Part shown: positions 62,673 to 64,000 of the stretch, in pieces
How the letters are laid out: each line of letters starts with the position of its first letter
Position numbering within the stretch: position 1 is the stretch's first letter
Assembly: GCA_964560355.1 (NCBI GenBank)
Contig: CAZLLI010000004.1
Span: 799 to 64,798, forward strand
Reading direction: 5' to 3'
From: an uncultured bacterium
GTDB taxonomy: Bacteria > Krumholzibacteriota > Krumholzibacteriia > WVZY01 > JAKEHA01
DNA: 64,000 nt
Notes under the pieces: model-generated
Database searches by the model: none
What the model was told of the DNA's origin: nothing
What the model saw: the letters and a program-made list of their open reading frames with translations, nothing else
Program-made: the position numbers and the translations under genes

Positions 62673-63793
62673 GCCGATCGAAAGTCCGCCGCGAGCAGCT
62701 TGTGGAAGTGGTACTCACCGTGCTCGCGCTTGACTGAATAACGCCCCGCCTCGTACGACGACGATCCCAGCCCGCGCTGCACCGACTCGCAAATCTCGAC
62801 GTCTTCCACCTGCACCACGTCGCTCGCGGCCAGGCTCTTCGACACGAAGTCATCGTCGCTCGCGGTCGCGCCCGTGAAGTAGTAGTCGAAGATCACGTCG
62901 GTGTGGTCGTGGCCCTTCGGGATCACCCAGTTCGTGTCCATCATGGGGCCGTAGCGGTTGATCATCAGATTCGGATAGATCCACGCATAGAGCACCTTGT
63001 CGCCGATGCGTTCGGAAAAGTCGGAGCCGCCCTTCGGGCCCCCGTCGCCCGCGCCCGCGCCGGATTGAATCGAGTAGCGCTCGAAGATTTCCGTTTGGTA
63101 CGAATCCAAGTCCAGCTGCCCCGCGAGACCTTTGTGCAAGTACGACACGTGGTAGCCGCCGTCGAGATAGTTATCGACGTAGACCTTCCAGTTGCACGCC
63201 AGCGTGTACTTGCGCCGCGCGACGAACTGCAACGCGCCCACTTGCATCTCTTGCAAGCGCCGCGCGACCTCGCCCATGTCGGCGCCGAGCGGGCGCGGCT
63301 CCTTCGCCATCGAGATGAACACCAAGCCGCACCACTCGCCCACGTGCATCGGCACCAATCCAAATTTCGCGCGGTCGAAATCCTTCACCGCGCCCAACTC
63401 CGGCGCGCGCAGAAGACGGCCGTCGAGGCCGTACGTCCACCCGTGGTACGGACATACCAGCGATTCCGAACACCCTGCGCCCACGGCCACCACCGCCGCG
63501 TGATGCCGGCATACGTTGAAAAACGCGCGCAACGCGCCGTCTTCGCCGCGTACCACCACGTACGGCTCGCCCGCCACCGACCCCGCCACGAAATCTCCCG
63601 CCTTCTTGAACTGGTCGCTCCGCGCCGCGATCAACCAGTTGTTCTTGAACACCGTCTCGCACTCCAAATCGTAGAAGCGCGAGTCCGTGTACCACGACTT
63701 GGGCGGCAGCCACGCCGCTTCCAACGGAACGCTGGGGTCGAAACGACGGACTTCGTCGAGGAGCCAGGGGGATTGCTTGATATTGGTCGCCAT
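62669..63793 (-). CDS. Rieske [2Fe-2S] aromatic-ring-hydroxylating oxygenase, alpha-subunit-like
   Basis: The Rieske motif lies in 'CRHH...(17)...CPYHGW'. ATG at 63793 gives 'MATNIKQSPW'. Confidence 0.8.
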   Translation of the reverse strand: MATNIKQSPWLLDEVRRFDPSVPLEAAWLPPKSWYTDSRFYDLECETVFKNNWLIAARSDQFKKAGDFVAGSVAGEPYVVVRGEDGALRAFFNVCRHHAAVVAVGAGCSESLVCPYHGWTYGLDGRLLRAPELGAVKDFDRAKFGLVPMHVGEWCGLVFISMAKEPRPLGADMGEVARRLQEMQVGALQFVARRKYTLACNWKVYVDNYLDGGYHVSYLHKGLAGQLDLDSYQTEIFERYSIQSGAGAGDGGPKGGSDFSERIGDKVLYAWIYPNLMINRYGPMMDTNWVIPKGHDHTDVIFDYYFTGATASDDDFVSKSLAASDVVQVEDVEICESVQRGLGSSSYEAGRYSVKREHGEYHFHKLLAADFRSA

Positions 63794-64000
63794 GATTCGT
63801 CGTGAGCCACGTTGCCGGAGGCGGGAGTATACCAGCTTCCCAGTCCTCCGGTCGGCCCGCCTCCTCGCGGGGTTGCCCCGGCATGCTATCACGAATACAA
63901 TGCCCGGGATGAAGTCGGAGTTCGAGCTGATCGAAGCCCTGGCGCGCGCGTCGCGTCGTGCGCGGCGTTCGACGTCGGGCGTCGTGGTAGGCATCGGTGA

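Overview
This is a high-GC chromosomal segment (about two-thirds G+C by hand counts on sample lines) from a Gram-negative bacterium. About 50 protein genes are densely packed, many joined by 4-nt or 8-nt start/stop overlaps. I recognised no rRNA, tRNA, CRISPR array, integrase or transposase. The backbone encodes envelope and secreted proteases (SppA, M16, S9 DPP-IV-like, a large Zn metalloprotease), DNA repair and translesion functions (DinB, PolX, Nth), an ABC-F ATPase, a GT39-like glycosyltransferase, an ECF sigma/anti-sigma pair, an Rrf2/YgfZ-like/HD operon, IlvE and an RluA-type synthase. Two proteins end in a T9SS-type/FlgD-Ig-like C-terminal domain, which hints at an FCB/Gemmatimonadota-like lineage (inference only). 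Two blocks have clearly lower GC. The main candidate is block (i), 24156-27897, a 3.7-kb insertion bounded by 61-nt direct repeats (59/61 identical) that are themselves long terminator-like hairpins. A third copy of the same stem lies inside it. It carries a HipA-like kinase, a DUF3037-like protein and a 605-aa protein with a C-terminal HEPN Rx4H motif, and no recombinase. I read this as a candidate uncharacterised toxin/abortive-infection-type defence module. Block (ii), 49997-54867, holds a 1360-aa secreted multidomain protein (HExxH, beta-helix, dockerin-like repeats, T9SS tail) and a 239-aa orphan. A non-coding stretch at 14440-15270 contains a well-framed small structured RNA candidate that I could not assign to any family.
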